Below are positions 36,081 through 45,436 of a stretch of 64,000 nt of DNA, piece after piece. The notes under the pieces are model-generated. The model worked only from the letters and a program-made list of their open reading frames with translations. It had not been told where the DNA came from and did not search any database. A program made the position numbers and the translations under genes. The DNA lies in contig CAZCZE010000064.1 in NCBI GenBank assembly GCA_964503125.1, positions 64,052 through 128,051 on the forward strand. Reading direction: 5' to 3'. Origin of the DNA: an uncultured Gammaproteobacteria bacterium. Lineage in GTDB: Bacteria; Pseudomonadota; Gammaproteobacteria; Steroidobacterales; Rariloculaceae. Positions within the stretch are counted from its first letter, which is position 1. Each line of letters begins with the position of its first letter.

Positions 36081-37647
36081 CGTGTCGCTCGGTCTGCGCA
36101 TTTTGCTGTTCACGGCCTGCGTCATCGCGGCCGGTGTGCAGGCGGCGGAGGATTTGGTGGCGGCGGCGCAGCGGAACAATGCGACGGTTGCGTTCGCAGC
36201 GATCGAGGATGGCGTCGACGTCAACGCGAAGTCGGCCGACGGCACGACGGCCCTGCACTGGGCCGTCTACCACGGCAACGTCGCGCTCGTCGAGCGGCTC
36301 ATCGCTGCGGGTGCCGACGTCGCGACGGCGAACGAGTTCGGCTCGACGCCGCTCTCGGAGGCCGCGACCCTCGGCAACACAGCGATCATCGAGGCGTTGA
36401 TCGAAGCCGGCGCGAACGTCGATGCCGAAGGCGCCGACGGGCAGACGGCGCTCATGGTCGCCGCGCGCAGCGGCAACACGGCCGCGGCCGAGGCGCTCAT
36501 CGAGCACGGCGCGAACGTCCACGCGCGCGAGCGCTGGCGGGAGCAGACGGCGCTCATGTGGGCCGCGGCGCAGAACCAGCCCGCGATGGTGCGGCTGCTC
36601 ATCGAACGTGGGGCCGACGTGGACGCACGCTCGGCGGTCAACGAGTGGCCGCGGCAGGTCACGGGCGAGCCGCGGCGCATGTACCGGCCGTTCGGCGGCT
36701 TGACGCCGCTCCTGTTCGCCGCGCGCGAGGGTTGCCTCGAGTGCGTGCGCGCGCTCGTCGCGGCCGGCGCCGACCTCGACCTCCCCGATCCGAAAGGCGT
36801 GACGGCGCTGTTTCTCTCGATCGACAACTTCCACTTCGACACCGCGAAGCTGCTCATCGAGGCCGGCGCGAATCCCAACAAATGGGACTGGTGGGGCCGG
36901 ACGCCGCTCTATTCGGCCGTCGACGTAAGCACGATGCCGCACGGCGGCCGTGCCGACCGGCGCTCCGTCGACACGGCGACGAGCACGCAGATCATAGAGC
37001 TCTTGCTCGAGGCCGGCGCCTGGCCCAACGTGCAGCTCAAGCTGCTGCCGCCGTACCGGCACATCGGCGACGACCGCGGCTGCGACCTCATGCTCGTCAC
37101 GGGCACGACGCCGCTGTTGCGCGCCGCGAAGACCTTCGACACCGCGGCGATTCGCCTGCTGGTCGCGCACGGCGCGCATCTCGACTTGCCGAATGACGGC
37201 GGCATCACGCCCGTGATGGCGGCCGCGGGCTTGGGCTCCGTCGAGTGCGACGCGCGCGGCTACGGCCCCGGCATTCCGCATTACATGACGCCCGACGTCG
37301 AAACGAAATCGATCGAAGCACTCGAGTTGCTGCTCGATGCCGGCGCCAATATCCACGCGCGCACGACGAGCGCGCGCGCCGCCGCGCGCAGCGCGGGGCG
37401 CACCGCGCTCTTCGGCGCGGCGTTCTGGGGCTGGAACGACGTCGTCGACTTCCTCGTCGCGCGCGGCGCCAAGATCGACGTCGCCGAGCGCGGCGGCATG
37501 ACGCCCGTCGACGCGGCGCTCGGCAAGGCCGGCGGCCACAGCCGCGGCTCGACGATCGAGGTCTTCGAAGACACGGCCGCGCGACTGCGCGAGCTCTGCG
37601 CACGACAAACCGATTGCGACTTGACGAAGCCCGACGGCGCGTCCTGA
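36061..37647 (+). CDS. ankyrin-repeat protein with signal peptide (copy 2)
   Basis: 528 aa from GTG 36061. In-frame GTG at 36082 would give SLGLRILLFTACVIAAGVQA as the signal and avoid overlap with DUF1552. Ankyrin units throughout, collinear with 10282..11811. Confidence 0.9.
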   Translation: MSSPRFSVSLGLRILLFTACVIAAGVQAAEDLVAAAQRNNATVAFAAIEDGVDVNAKSADGTTALHWAVYHGNVALVERLIAAGADVATANEFGSTPLSEAATLGNTAIIEALIEAGANVDAEGADGQTALMVAARSGNTAAAEALIEHGANVHARERWREQTALMWAAAQNQPAMVRLLIERGADVDARSAVNEWPRQVTGEPRRMYRPFGGLTPLLFAAREGCLECVRALVAAGADLDLPDPKGVTALFLSIDNFHFDTAKLLIEAGANPNKWDWWGRTPLYSAVDVSTMPHGGRADRRSVDTATSTQIIELLLEAGAWPNVQLKLLPPYRHIGDDRGCDLMLVTGTTPLLRAAKTFDTAAIRLLVAHGAHLDLPNDGGITPVMAAAGLGSVECDARGYGPGIPHYMTPDVETKSIEALELLLDAGANIHARTTSARAAARSAGRTALFGAAFWGWNDVVDFLVARGAKIDVAERGGMTPVDAALGKAGGHSRGSTIEVFEDTAARLRELCARQTDCDLTKPDGAS

Positions 37648-37666
37648 ACGACACACGGGGGATCCC

Positions 37667-38614
37667 ATGAGCGCGACTCCATACCTGCGAGCATCGCTCG
37701 CGTTCGTCTTGCTGTTCGCTGCCGGCCACGCCGCCGCGCAGCGCAACCTGCCGCCGCTCACGATCGAGCAGCTCACGCCGCACGTCTACCGCTACGGCGG
37801 CTTGACCAACGGCGCGTTCATCGTGGGCTCGGAGGGCATCGCCGTCATCGACGGCCAGATCTGCGGTTCGAACGGCACGCAGTGGCTCAAGGACGAGCTT
37901 AGCCGTCGGTTCGACGTGCCCGTGAAATACACGGTCTTGAGCCACGACCACGAGATGCACATCTGCGGCCTCGAGGTCTTCAGCGACACGGCGCGCGCCA
38001 TCTCGCACGTCAATGCGAAGGCACACATCGTGCGCGAGAAGCGCCGCACCGCCGTGCCCGAGATCACGTTCGAGGACCGCATGCGGATCGACCTCGGCGG
38101 CATCGAGGTCGTGCTGTTCTACTTGGGCCCCACGCACACGGATAATTTGATCCAGGTGCACATCCCGGCCGAGAGAGTGCTCATCGCCGTGGACTTCGTA
38201 CGCGAGGGCAAGAGCCTTGCGATGCCCGAGCTGCGCGACTTGAACCTGGACAACTCGATCCGTGCCCTCGGCTATTTGGGGCGCATGGAGGACGTGGAGA
38301 TCGTCGTGCCGGGCCACGGCGGCATCACGACGCAACAGTCGTTCCTCTACGTGCGTGACTTCCTCGTCGCGCTCAAAGAGCGCGTGCTCGCGGAGATGGT
38401 CGCGGGCAAAGGCATCGAGGAGATCCTGACCACCGTCACGATGGACGACTTCAGCGACTACGGCTGGTTCGATCAGTGGATCCGCGCCAACGTCATCACG
38501 ATGTGGGAGCTCATGTACCACTATCGCGAGCCCACGCTCGACCCGGGTTGCTACGAATGCGATTTCCCGATCGGCTTCCCCGTCGGCGAGGTCGACAAAT
38601 TCAACGGTCCCTGA
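37667..38614 (+). CDS. secreted MBL-fold protein (motif HDHEMH)
   Basis: 315 aa with a signal peptide (LAFVLLFAAGHAAAQ). LSHDHEMHICG at 37943..37960, GPTHTDNLIQVHI and VVPGHGG. Confidence 0.85.
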   Translation: MSATPYLRASLAFVLLFAAGHAAAQRNLPPLTIEQLTPHVYRYGGLTNGAFIVGSEGIAVIDGQICGSNGTQWLKDELSRRFDVPVKYTVLSHDHEMHICGLEVFSDTARAISHVNAKAHIVREKRRTAVPEITFEDRMRIDLGGIEVVLFYLGPTHTDNLIQVHIPAERVLIAVDFVREGKSLAMPELRDLNLDNSIRALGYLGRMEDVEIVVPGHGGITTQQSFLYVRDFLVALKERVLAEMVAGKGIEEILTTVTMDDFSDYGWFDQWIRANVITMWELMYHYREPTLDPGCYECDFPIGFPVGEVDKFNGP

Positions 38615-38648
38615 CCGCGGCGCCCGCCGGATCTACCTGTCACGCCAT

Positions 38649-38677
38649 GCATTTCCCCGCGCAACGGCGGGAAATGC
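38649..38677 (+). terminator. stem-loop after the MBL gene (possible terminator)
   Basis: GCATTTCCC ... GGGAAATGC forms a 9-bp stem with an 11-nt loop, 35 nt after the stop. Confidence 0.35.
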
Positions 38678-38745
38678 GGCTGTCATAACTTGCCCTGCAC
38701 TGCTTGAATTGGCACTTGTGGTGCGGTTTAGAATCGGGTGCAGGC

Positions 38746-39048
38746 ATGGCACTGGCGGCAGCGGAGGACGGAATGGAAGCGCGCATCGCGCGGCTCGAGT
38801 CGGACGTGGGCCACATCCGCTCGGATCTCGCAGACGTCAAACAGGACCTCCGCGAGGTGCGCACGCGCGTCGACAAGGGATTCGACGAAGCGCGCGATCG
38901 CATGGACGCCATGGACGTCCGCCTGTCCGACCGAATCACGGGCGTCCAACGGGAGCTCGCCTCCGCGAAGGTCTGGGCTCTGATCCTCTTCATCGCTCAG
39001 GCCGGTGCCGTGTACGGCACCCTGGCACGCACGATGGGTTGGATCTGA
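38746..39048 (+). CDS. small coiled-coil protein with C-terminal TM helix
   Basis: ATG at 38746 within the 38704..39048 ORF. MEARIARLESDVGHIRSDLADVKQDLREVRTRVDKGFDE is coiled coil, and VWALILFIAQAGAVYGTLA is a TM segment. No family assigned. Confidence 0.6.
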   Translation: MALAAAEDGMEARIARLESDVGHIRSDLADVKQDLREVRTRVDKGFDEARDRMDAMDVRLSDRITGVQRELASAKVWALILFIAQAGAVYGTLARTMGWI

Positions 39049-39189
39049 TGGCGGCACGAGCCTGCTGAGCTCCCAACGGTCCGGAGTTATCGGCAGAGCC
39101 GGTTTGCAGCAAGAATCTCGTGGTGCGTTGCCGGGATTCGGGATCTGGGCAAGAATGCCGGAAGGCCTGGATTCTGGGGACCGTCTCAC

Positions 39190-39930
39190 GTGCTGCGAAC
39201 GACCCTCGTCTGCGCCGGCATCCTCGCCTTGGGCACGGCGTGCTCGCAGCGGCAGCCCGCCTCCCATCCCGACCTCTCGGGCCTCTACCGGCCCGCCGGG
39301 CTCGAGGTGCAACCTTGCGGGCGCAACGAATGGATGCGCCGCTCGTTCGACACAGACACGTTCTGCAACGGCGACGACAGCGCGTTTCCGTTCACGGCCG
39401 CGGGGCTCGAGCGCTGGAAGAGCTACGACGTCATCGACGACCCCGTGCTCGGCTGCGTCGAGGACTTTCCGCGCAGCGCGATGCGCGGCCGGCCGATGAA
39501 GATCGCGATCGGCGAGGACGTCACCGAAATCGCCTACTGGTTCAACAACGAATGGTTCGTGCGCACGGTCCACATGAGCGGCGCGCCGCCGCCCGCCGAC
39601 ATGCCCAACAGCGTCACGGGCTACTCGACGGGCCACTGGGTCGGCGACTCGCTCGTCGTCGAGACGACGCACACGCGCGGCGGGCCGATGTTCAACGATC
39701 ACAAGCCGAACAGCTCGGCTGCGAAATTCACCGAGCGCTTCTGGCGTGCGCCCGACGGCGCCAACGTGCTCATGGACCTCGTCATCGACGACCCGGAGAT
39801 CTACTCGAAGCCGTTTCTGTTGAACCGGCAGGAGTGGCTCGCGGCGCCGGCCGACTACCGGCTCAGCGAGGACAAGTGCGAGCCGAGCTCGATTTGGGAA
39901 CGGCGCATGCGCGCCAAAGCAGGCCAGTAG
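39190..39930 (+). CDS. lipoprotein of the 'WEGDTLVVET' family (paralog B)
   Basis: 246 aa with a GTG start and lipobox LALGTAC. Blocks DDPVLGC, TGYSTGHWVGDSLVVETTH, KFTERF and IDDPEIYSKPF. Confidence 0.8.
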   Translation: MLRTTLVCAGILALGTACSQRQPASHPDLSGLYRPAGLEVQPCGRNEWMRRSFDTDTFCNGDDSAFPFTAAGLERWKSYDVIDDPVLGCVEDFPRSAMRGRPMKIAIGEDVTEIAYWFNNEWFVRTVHMSGAPPPADMPNSVTGYSTGHWVGDSLVVETTHTRGGPMFNDHKPNSSAAKFTERFWRAPDGANVLMDLVIDDPEIYSKPFLLNRQEWLAAPADYRLSEDKCEPSSIWERRMRAKAGQ

Positions 39931-39952
39931 ACGTGCGCCTCTGGAGGGAATC

Positions 39953-40570
39953 ATGACATCCGTAAGCAAGGCACTGGCGGCCTCGTTCGTCTTGAGCGGA
40001 GCCCTGTTGGCCGGCGCCGCGGCGGCGCACCACTCCGACTCGCTGTATTTCGTCGACGACCGCTCGGCCGACGGCGGTGCGATCCGCATCGAAGGCACGA
40101 TCTCGCGCGTGCGTTGGATCAACCCACACTCCGAGTTCTTCGTCGACGTCGCCAACCCCGACGGCGGCGCGCCCATCGTCTGGGCGATCGAAACGGACTC
40201 CGTGAACCAGTTGCGCGGGCTCGGCTGGGACGAGAGCACGCTCGAAGTCGGCGACAAGGTCGTCGTCGTCGTCTCGAAGTCGAAGTTCGACGACACGGCA
40301 GGCCGATTGCGCGACATGCTCGTCTATGGCGCCACCCCCGACGAGCCGGCGGCCGTCTACCTCGAGTTCAAGGGTAACGGCAAACCCGAGTGGCAGGCAC
40401 CGTTCGAGGTCTATCGGCAGTACATGCCCTGCCCCGGCACCGCGCCGTTCGACCCCGAGCGCCAGCCGGGTAAGGAGACGCTACTCTGCGCCCGGCTCAG
40501 CTCCGCGGAATTGGCCGCGGCTCAGCAACGATTCGCCGCGCGCGTGCTGTTGCTGCGCGACACTCACTAG
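39953..40570 (+). CDS. DUF6152-like secreted protein (long form)
   Basis: 205 aa with a GGAGGG RBS. Signal then AAAAHHSDSLYF...IRIEGTISRVRWINPHSEFFV. Confidence 0.75.
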   Translation: MTSVSKALAASFVLSGALLAGAAAAHHSDSLYFVDDRSADGGAIRIEGTISRVRWINPHSEFFVDVANPDGGAPIVWAIETDSVNQLRGLGWDESTLEVGDKVVVVVSKSKFDDTAGRLRDMLVYGATPDEPAAVYLEFKGNGKPEWQAPFEVYRQYMPCPGTAPFDPERQPGKETLLCARLSSAELAAAQQRFAARVLLLRDTH

Positions 40571-40851
40571 CGGCCGGTCACCGGACGCCGGCAGAACCAA
40601 TCTCATGTACGGCGCCGTGCAGATCGTGACCTTCGCGGCGTTCCTGCTCCTCGCGCTCGTGCCCTGACGCGCCCGCGCGCCGAACCGGTCGGTCTCGAAA
40701 TCGAACCATTCGGTTCGTGTGGCCGTGGAGCAACAGACCGCCGCAAAACGACGCGGATCAAGGCGCTCGCCCGTTGTTTCCCGTGATTCAAAGTTGGGCC
40801 ATACTCCGGGGCGGGGCGGAAGTAGTCTGGCTGTCGTTTAAGGGGGAATCA

Positions 40852-43647
40852 ATGCGTACTCAATGTCTACGCCTGGCTGCGCTTTCCGCGGCCGTCATCG
40901 GCTCACTACCGTTTTGCGCATCGGCGCAGCTCGAAGAGATCATCGTCACGGCGACTCGCCGCGAGACCGATTTGCAGAGCACGCCGCTGTCGATTCAGGC
41001 CTTCACGGCCGAGCAGCTCGAGCTCGGCGGCATCACGAACGGCCGCGATCTCGGCATCATGGTGCCTAACGTAACACTCAATCCCGGGACGGGCGGCGCC
41101 CAAGCCGACTTCCACGTTCGCGGCTTGCCCGGCGTGGGCTTGTACGTGGACGGCGTCTGGCAGGATGGCTTCGGCTTTCAGCAGATGAACTTCTCGGAGA
41201 TGGAGCGCGTCGAGGTGTTGCGCGGTCCGCAGGGCACGCTATTCGGGCGTAACACCAATGGCGGTGCGGTCAACATGACGACCAAGAAGCCGGGCGACGA
41301 GTTCGGCGCTCGCGTCAGACTCGACGTCGGCGACTTCGATCGGCGCGATGCGTCGATCGCCGTCGACTTGCCGCTCACCGACACGCTGAAGACGAAGTTC
41401 ATGGGCGCGACGGCCCGCAACGACGGGTTCCTGGAAAGCTTGACTACGCCGTGGGACTTCGGCTCGCAAGACGACACGATCCTGCGCGCCGACCTGCTCT
41501 GGGAGCCCACCGATACGTTCTCGTTGCGCTTCACGCACAACGACGAGCAGAAACGCGGCACAGATCCGAAAATCCACCGGATGACGCGCTACGACAACTC
41601 GAAGCTCTACGCCTACGAGATCATGCTCGGGGCGTTCCAAGCAGACGCCAATCGCCGCTGCGTGCAGCTGGGCAATAACGTGTCGTATCCGGTCACGGGC
41701 GGCGGCACGTCCGCCGCCCCGCAGGGTACGCCGGCCGCCTATGTCGGCGCCTACGGTTGCAACAACGGTGTCTGGAGTGCGCCGCCCGCCAACGGTATCG
41801 GTACGCGCTACACGGGCGCGGCACCGACGGCCTTCAACCCGGCCACTCACATGACCGACTTTCCTAACAACTATGCAGCAGAGATGACGAGCCGCTACGG
41901 CAACTATGCGACTTCGCTCAATGCCACGGGTCAACCGGTCGAGCTGCTGGGGTCCACCTACACTCCCAATCCGTTGGTCCCGGATAGGGGGTTCGGCCCG
42001 CCCCAAGTCGGCCAATGGCAAACGAGGTCCGACTCGATGGAGGATGGCATCACGGCAGACCTCAAATACAGCACGATCACCGCCGACTGGGACATCAACG
42101 ACAACTTGAGCCTCCAGGCCATTCTGTCGAACTGGGAGCAGGACCAACGCCAGGTCATCGACTTCGACGGCACCGAGTTCCTCGTGACCACCGACGACAT
42201 CCCCCAGTTTCGAGAGAACCAAACGGTCGAGCTGCATTTGACGGGCTCCGCGCTGAACGATCGCATCAGCTGGCTGGCCGGCTATTATCGGCTCGACGAA
42301 GAGATCATCACGCGCTTTTACCGTTGGGGCATGTGGGAGTTCACAACACCGAACACCGGACCCGCAGACCCACCCACGAATCTTGCGTATGCCGAATACG
42401 TGCGCCAGACCGCTTTCCTGCTGAATCTGAACGGGTTCACGGGCGGTAACATGCTCCAGACGGCTCCCGCTGGGCCGCAGGGGCTCTACGGGTGGAACTT
42501 CGCTTTTATCAGCGACGATCTGCTGACCAGCTCATACGACGAGGACACGGCTTTCTTCGGCGAAGCGACCTTCAGCGTCACCGACAAGCTCGATCTAACG
42601 GTCGGCATTCGACAGAGCGATAAGGAGGGCGGTGATTTTACGTACGTCCCGGCGGATGCGTTTCGAACACCGGATCCGGCCATCCGGCCGCAGGGCAACC
42701 CGTTCGCCTACAGCAGCCGGACCGAAAGCGTCGACTCGCCCAAGCCGAAGATCGACACCTACAAGCTCTCCGCGGCGTATCAGGCGACCGACAACGCGAT
42801 GCTCTACGTGACCTATGCGGAAGGGTTCACGTCGGCTAGCGACCCCATCGTCACCATCGGTGCCGCAGCGGTGCTGTCGTCCATTCCGGCCAGCTCGAAC
42901 CCCGTGCGCGTCAGTCCGACGCAAGCGCGGATCAGCTTGCCCGTAGAAACGATCGAGAACACCGAGATCGGGCTGCGTTCCGACTGGCTCGACAATCGGC
43001 TGCGCTTCAACGCCACCTACTTCGACTCCCAGTGGGACGGCATGCGTATCCAGCTACTGCCACTCGACGCGCAGGGCAACACCCAGCCGTTCCCTTACGC
43101 CACGGGCGACGGCAAAGGCAGCGCCAGCGGTTGGGAGTTCGAGGTGATCTGGGCGGCGACCGACCGCCTGACCTTGAACGCAGGGCTCGGCCTGATCGAC
43201 ACCAACTACCAGCAGGCCGGAGTGTTCACGGGTCTTCCGGGGCAAGCCAGCGTCACAGGTAACTACCCCGGCGCCCCGTTCGCCTACGCCGCGGAAGAGA
43301 GCGGTACGTTGGGTGCGCAGTACGAGATCCCGACGTCGAACGGCGGCCGCATCCTGCTCGTGGGCAACTACGGCTATACGGGCGACTATGCACGCGACGC
43401 GGCGTATCAACGCACGCAGATCGATGCCAACGGCAATCCGATTCTCGAGCCTGCCTACGGCATCCTGAACGCGCGCTTCGTCTACGAGCCGCCTGCGCGC
43501 AACTATTCCGTCGAGATCTGGGGCAAGAACCTCCTCGACGAGCTGTACGTCAACGGCGGCTTCGACACACGCGACACGTGGGGCTACGACTTCTCGATCG
43601 TGGGCCGGTCGCGCGAGGTGGGCGTCAGCCTGAGCTTCTCGTTCTAG
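40852..43647 (+). CDS. TonB-dependent receptor
   Basis: ATG at 40852 after AAGGGGG. Signal then QLEEIIVTATRRETDLQSTPLSIQAF (TonB box/plug), RVEVLRGPQGTLFGRNTNGG, and a C-terminal ...REVGVSLSFSF ending in aromatic F. Confidence 0.95.
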   Translation: MRTQCLRLAALSAAVIGSLPFCASAQLEEIIVTATRRETDLQSTPLSIQAFTAEQLELGGITNGRDLGIMVPNVTLNPGTGGAQADFHVRGLPGVGLYVDGVWQDGFGFQQMNFSEMERVEVLRGPQGTLFGRNTNGGAVNMTTKKPGDEFGARVRLDVGDFDRRDASIAVDLPLTDTLKTKFMGATARNDGFLESLTTPWDFGSQDDTILRADLLWEPTDTFSLRFTHNDEQKRGTDPKIHRMTRYDNSKLYAYEIMLGAFQADANRRCVQLGNNVSYPVTGGGTSAAPQGTPAAYVGAYGCNNGVWSAPPANGIGTRYTGAAPTAFNPATHMTDFPNNYAAEMTSRYGNYATSLNATGQPVELLGSTYTPNPLVPDRGFGPPQVGQWQTRSDSMEDGITADLKYSTITADWDINDNLSLQAILSNWEQDQRQVIDFDGTEFLVTTDDIPQFRENQTVELHLTGSALNDRISWLAGYYRLDEEIITRFYRWGMWEFTTPNTGPADPPTNLAYAEYVRQTAFLLNLNGFTGGNMLQTAPAGPQGLYGWNFAFISDDLLTSSYDEDTAFFGEATFSVTDKLDLTVGIRQSDKEGGDFTYVPADAFRTPDPAIRPQGNPFAYSSRTESVDSPKPKIDTYKLSAAYQATDNAMLYVTYAEGFTSASDPIVTIGAAAVLSSIPASSNPVRVSPTQARISLPVETIENTEIGLRSDWLDNRLRFNATYFDSQWDGMRIQLLPLDAQGNTQPFPYATGDGKGSASGWEFEVIWAATDRLTLNAGLGLIDTNYQQAGVFTGLPGQASVTGNYPGAPFAYAAEESGTLGAQYEIPTSNGGRILLVGNYGYTGDYARDAAYQRTQIDANGNPILEPAYGILNARFVYEPPARNYSVEIWGKNLLDELYVNGGFDTRDTWGYDFSIVGRSREVGVSLSFSF

Positions 43648-44345
43648 CGGCGCCGCACGTCCGACCCGCCGCTCGTGTCGATGTCGACCGAGCTCGGCTG
43701 GCCGCTGTAGGCGATATCGCTGCCGCCGGACGCGTGCCCGGAGATCTTGTCGCGCACGGCGATCACGAGATCGGAGCCGCCGCTGCTGTTGACGTTGGCC
43801 TCGCCCGCCGTGAAACGGCCGGCGTTCACATCGCTGCCGCCCGTCGATGCCAACCGCGCCGCACGCGCCGTGCCGGTCAGGTTCACGTCCGAGCCGCCCG
43901 AGGCGTTGAGCTCCAGCGTATCGACGGCCACTTCGATCACCACGTCGCTGCCGCCGGAAACGTCGATCCGCAGCGCGTCGCCGGTGAGCGCACCCTCCGC
44001 CCTGACATCCGAGCCGCCCGAGGCCGTGAGCGCCACGAGCTTTGGCAGCGTCACGTGCACGGAGCCGGCATCCCCCCAGTGGAAGCCGAACGACCGTTCG
44101 CGGCGGATCTCGAGCTTTCCGGCGCGGACTTCGGTAATGATCTCGCTCGCATCGTCATCCGACTGCACCTCGACGACGAAACGGTCGCCCTGACGGAGCA
44201 GGAGGTCGATGCCACCGCCGACTGCGACGGCTTCGAACCCCGAGAGGTCGCGCGTCTCGGTGTCTTGCGCGGCCGCGGGCAGGGACACCCACAGCGATGA
44301 AACAAGGACGAGTCCGGCGGCTGTCGCCCGATCGTGAGCCTGCAT
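43644..44345 (-). CDS. head GIN domain (DUF2807) protein, secreted
   Basis: ATG at 44345 after AAGGAG, with a signal peptide. FEAVAVGGGIDLLLRQGD..., then periodic (S/T)GGSD(V/L/I) turns, ending GGSDIAYSGQPS. Its stop overlaps the TBDR stop (CTAG). Confidence 0.85.
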   Translation of the reverse strand: MQAHDRATAAGLVLVSSLWVSLPAAAQDTETRDLSGFEAVAVGGGIDLLLRQGDRFVVEVQSDDDASEIITEVRAGKLEIRRERSFGFHWGDAGSVHVTLPKLVALTASGGSDVRAEGALTGDALRIDVSGGSDVVIEVAVDTLELNASGGSDVNLTGTARAARLASTGGSDVNAGRFTAGEANVNSSGGSDLVIAVRDKISGHASGGSDIAYSGQPSSVDIDTSGGSDVRRR

Positions 44346-44429
44346 GGTTCTTCTCCTTGGAAAACCGGCCCTCAATACTGCCACAATGAGCGCGTTGGCG
44401 TAGCGGTCGCCCCGACCGGAGGCTCTGTT

Positions 44430-45419
44430 TTGAGCGCTGCGACGTTGTCCCGCCTCGGCGTCCTCGCGGTTGCACTCGCGCTGCCGGCGTTTGCGCACCA
44501 CGGGGTGGCGCCGCACTACGACGATAGCCGACAAGTCACGATCGAGGGCTCGGTCGAAGAGTTCCAGTTCATCAATCCGCATTCATTCGTTTATCTGCGT
44601 GTGACCGGCACCGACGGCACGGAAGCCATTTGGCACTGCGAGCTCGCGTCGCGCAGCGTGCTCGCGCGCAACGGCTTGACGGCCGAGCGGTTCGCGCCCG
44701 GCACGCGCGTCACGATCACGGGCAGCCAGGCGCGCCACAATCCCACGGGCTGTGCGTTGCGCGAAGCGCAGTTCGCGGACGGCAGCGTGCTGCGCTCGTC
44801 GACGCTGTTCGGCGCCACGCCCGCGACGACCACCGAGGCTGCGGCTGGCAGCGATTCGATCGAAGGCGTCTGGGCCATGAAGACGTTCGCCGTGTCGTAC
44901 TACACGGACGTGCTCACCGACGAAGGCGAGCGCCGGCGCGCGGCGTTCGACCCGATCGAAGACGACCCGGCGATCCATTGCGACCCCGCGAGCCCCGTGC
45001 GCTTCTGGGTCAACGTCAACGAGCCGTTCGAGATCCGCCGCGAAGGCGACTCGGTCGTCGTCGACCACCAGTTCATGGACAGCCGACGCGTCATTCATCT
45101 GGACCGAACGGCTCCGCCTGCGGGCACGCAGCCGAGCACGATGGGCTATTCGACGGGGCGCTTCGACGGCGAGACGCTCGTCGTGACGACGACGAGCTTC
45201 GTCGCGGCCGCGCTCGAGCCGCGGCGCGCCGTCATGCACACGGCGGGCTTGAAGCTCACCGAGCGGCTCGCCGTGAACCCCGCGACGCGCGAGCTCGAGA
45301 TCGCGTGGACCATCGACGACCCCGCGATCTTCAAGGAGCCGCACACGCAGACAGAAATCTTCGTGCGGACCGAGCGGTCGCGGGAGCCCTACGACTGCAA
45401 GCCCGGCTATCAGCAATAG
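44430..45419 (+). CDS. fusion protein: DUF6152-like N-terminal module plus 'WEGDTLVVET'-family C-terminal module
   Basis: TTG at 44430 lies 7 nt after GGAGG (44418..44422). The ATG at 44334 would overlap the divergent gene start. Signal then AFAHHGVAPHYDD...VTIEGSVEEFQFINPHSFV. After about aa 130: DDPAIHCDP, MGYSTGRFDGETLVVTTTSF, KLTERL and IDDPAIFKEPH. Confidence 0.8.
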   Translation: MSAATLSRLGVLAVALALPAFAHHGVAPHYDDSRQVTIEGSVEEFQFINPHSFVYLRVTGTDGTEAIWHCELASRSVLARNGLTAERFAPGTRVTITGSQARHNPTGCALREAQFADGSVLRSSTLFGATPATTTEAAAGSDSIEGVWAMKTFAVSYYTDVLTDEGERRRAAFDPIEDDPAIHCDPASPVRFWVNVNEPFEIRREGDSVVVDHQFMDSRRVIHLDRTAPPAGTQPSTMGYSTGRFDGETLVVTTTSFVAAALEPRRAVMHTAGLKLTERLAVNPATRELEIAWTIDDPAIFKEPHTQTEIFVRTERSREPYDCKPGYQQ

Positions 45420-45436
45420 TCGCGGCGGACCGACGG

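Noticed and set aside
40605-40667. 20-codon hydrophobic mini-ORF (MYGAVQIVTFAAFLLLALVP) after the DUF6152-like gene.
   Set aside because: It is too short to distinguish from chance, has no obvious RBS, and could only be validated by ribosome profiling or conservation.
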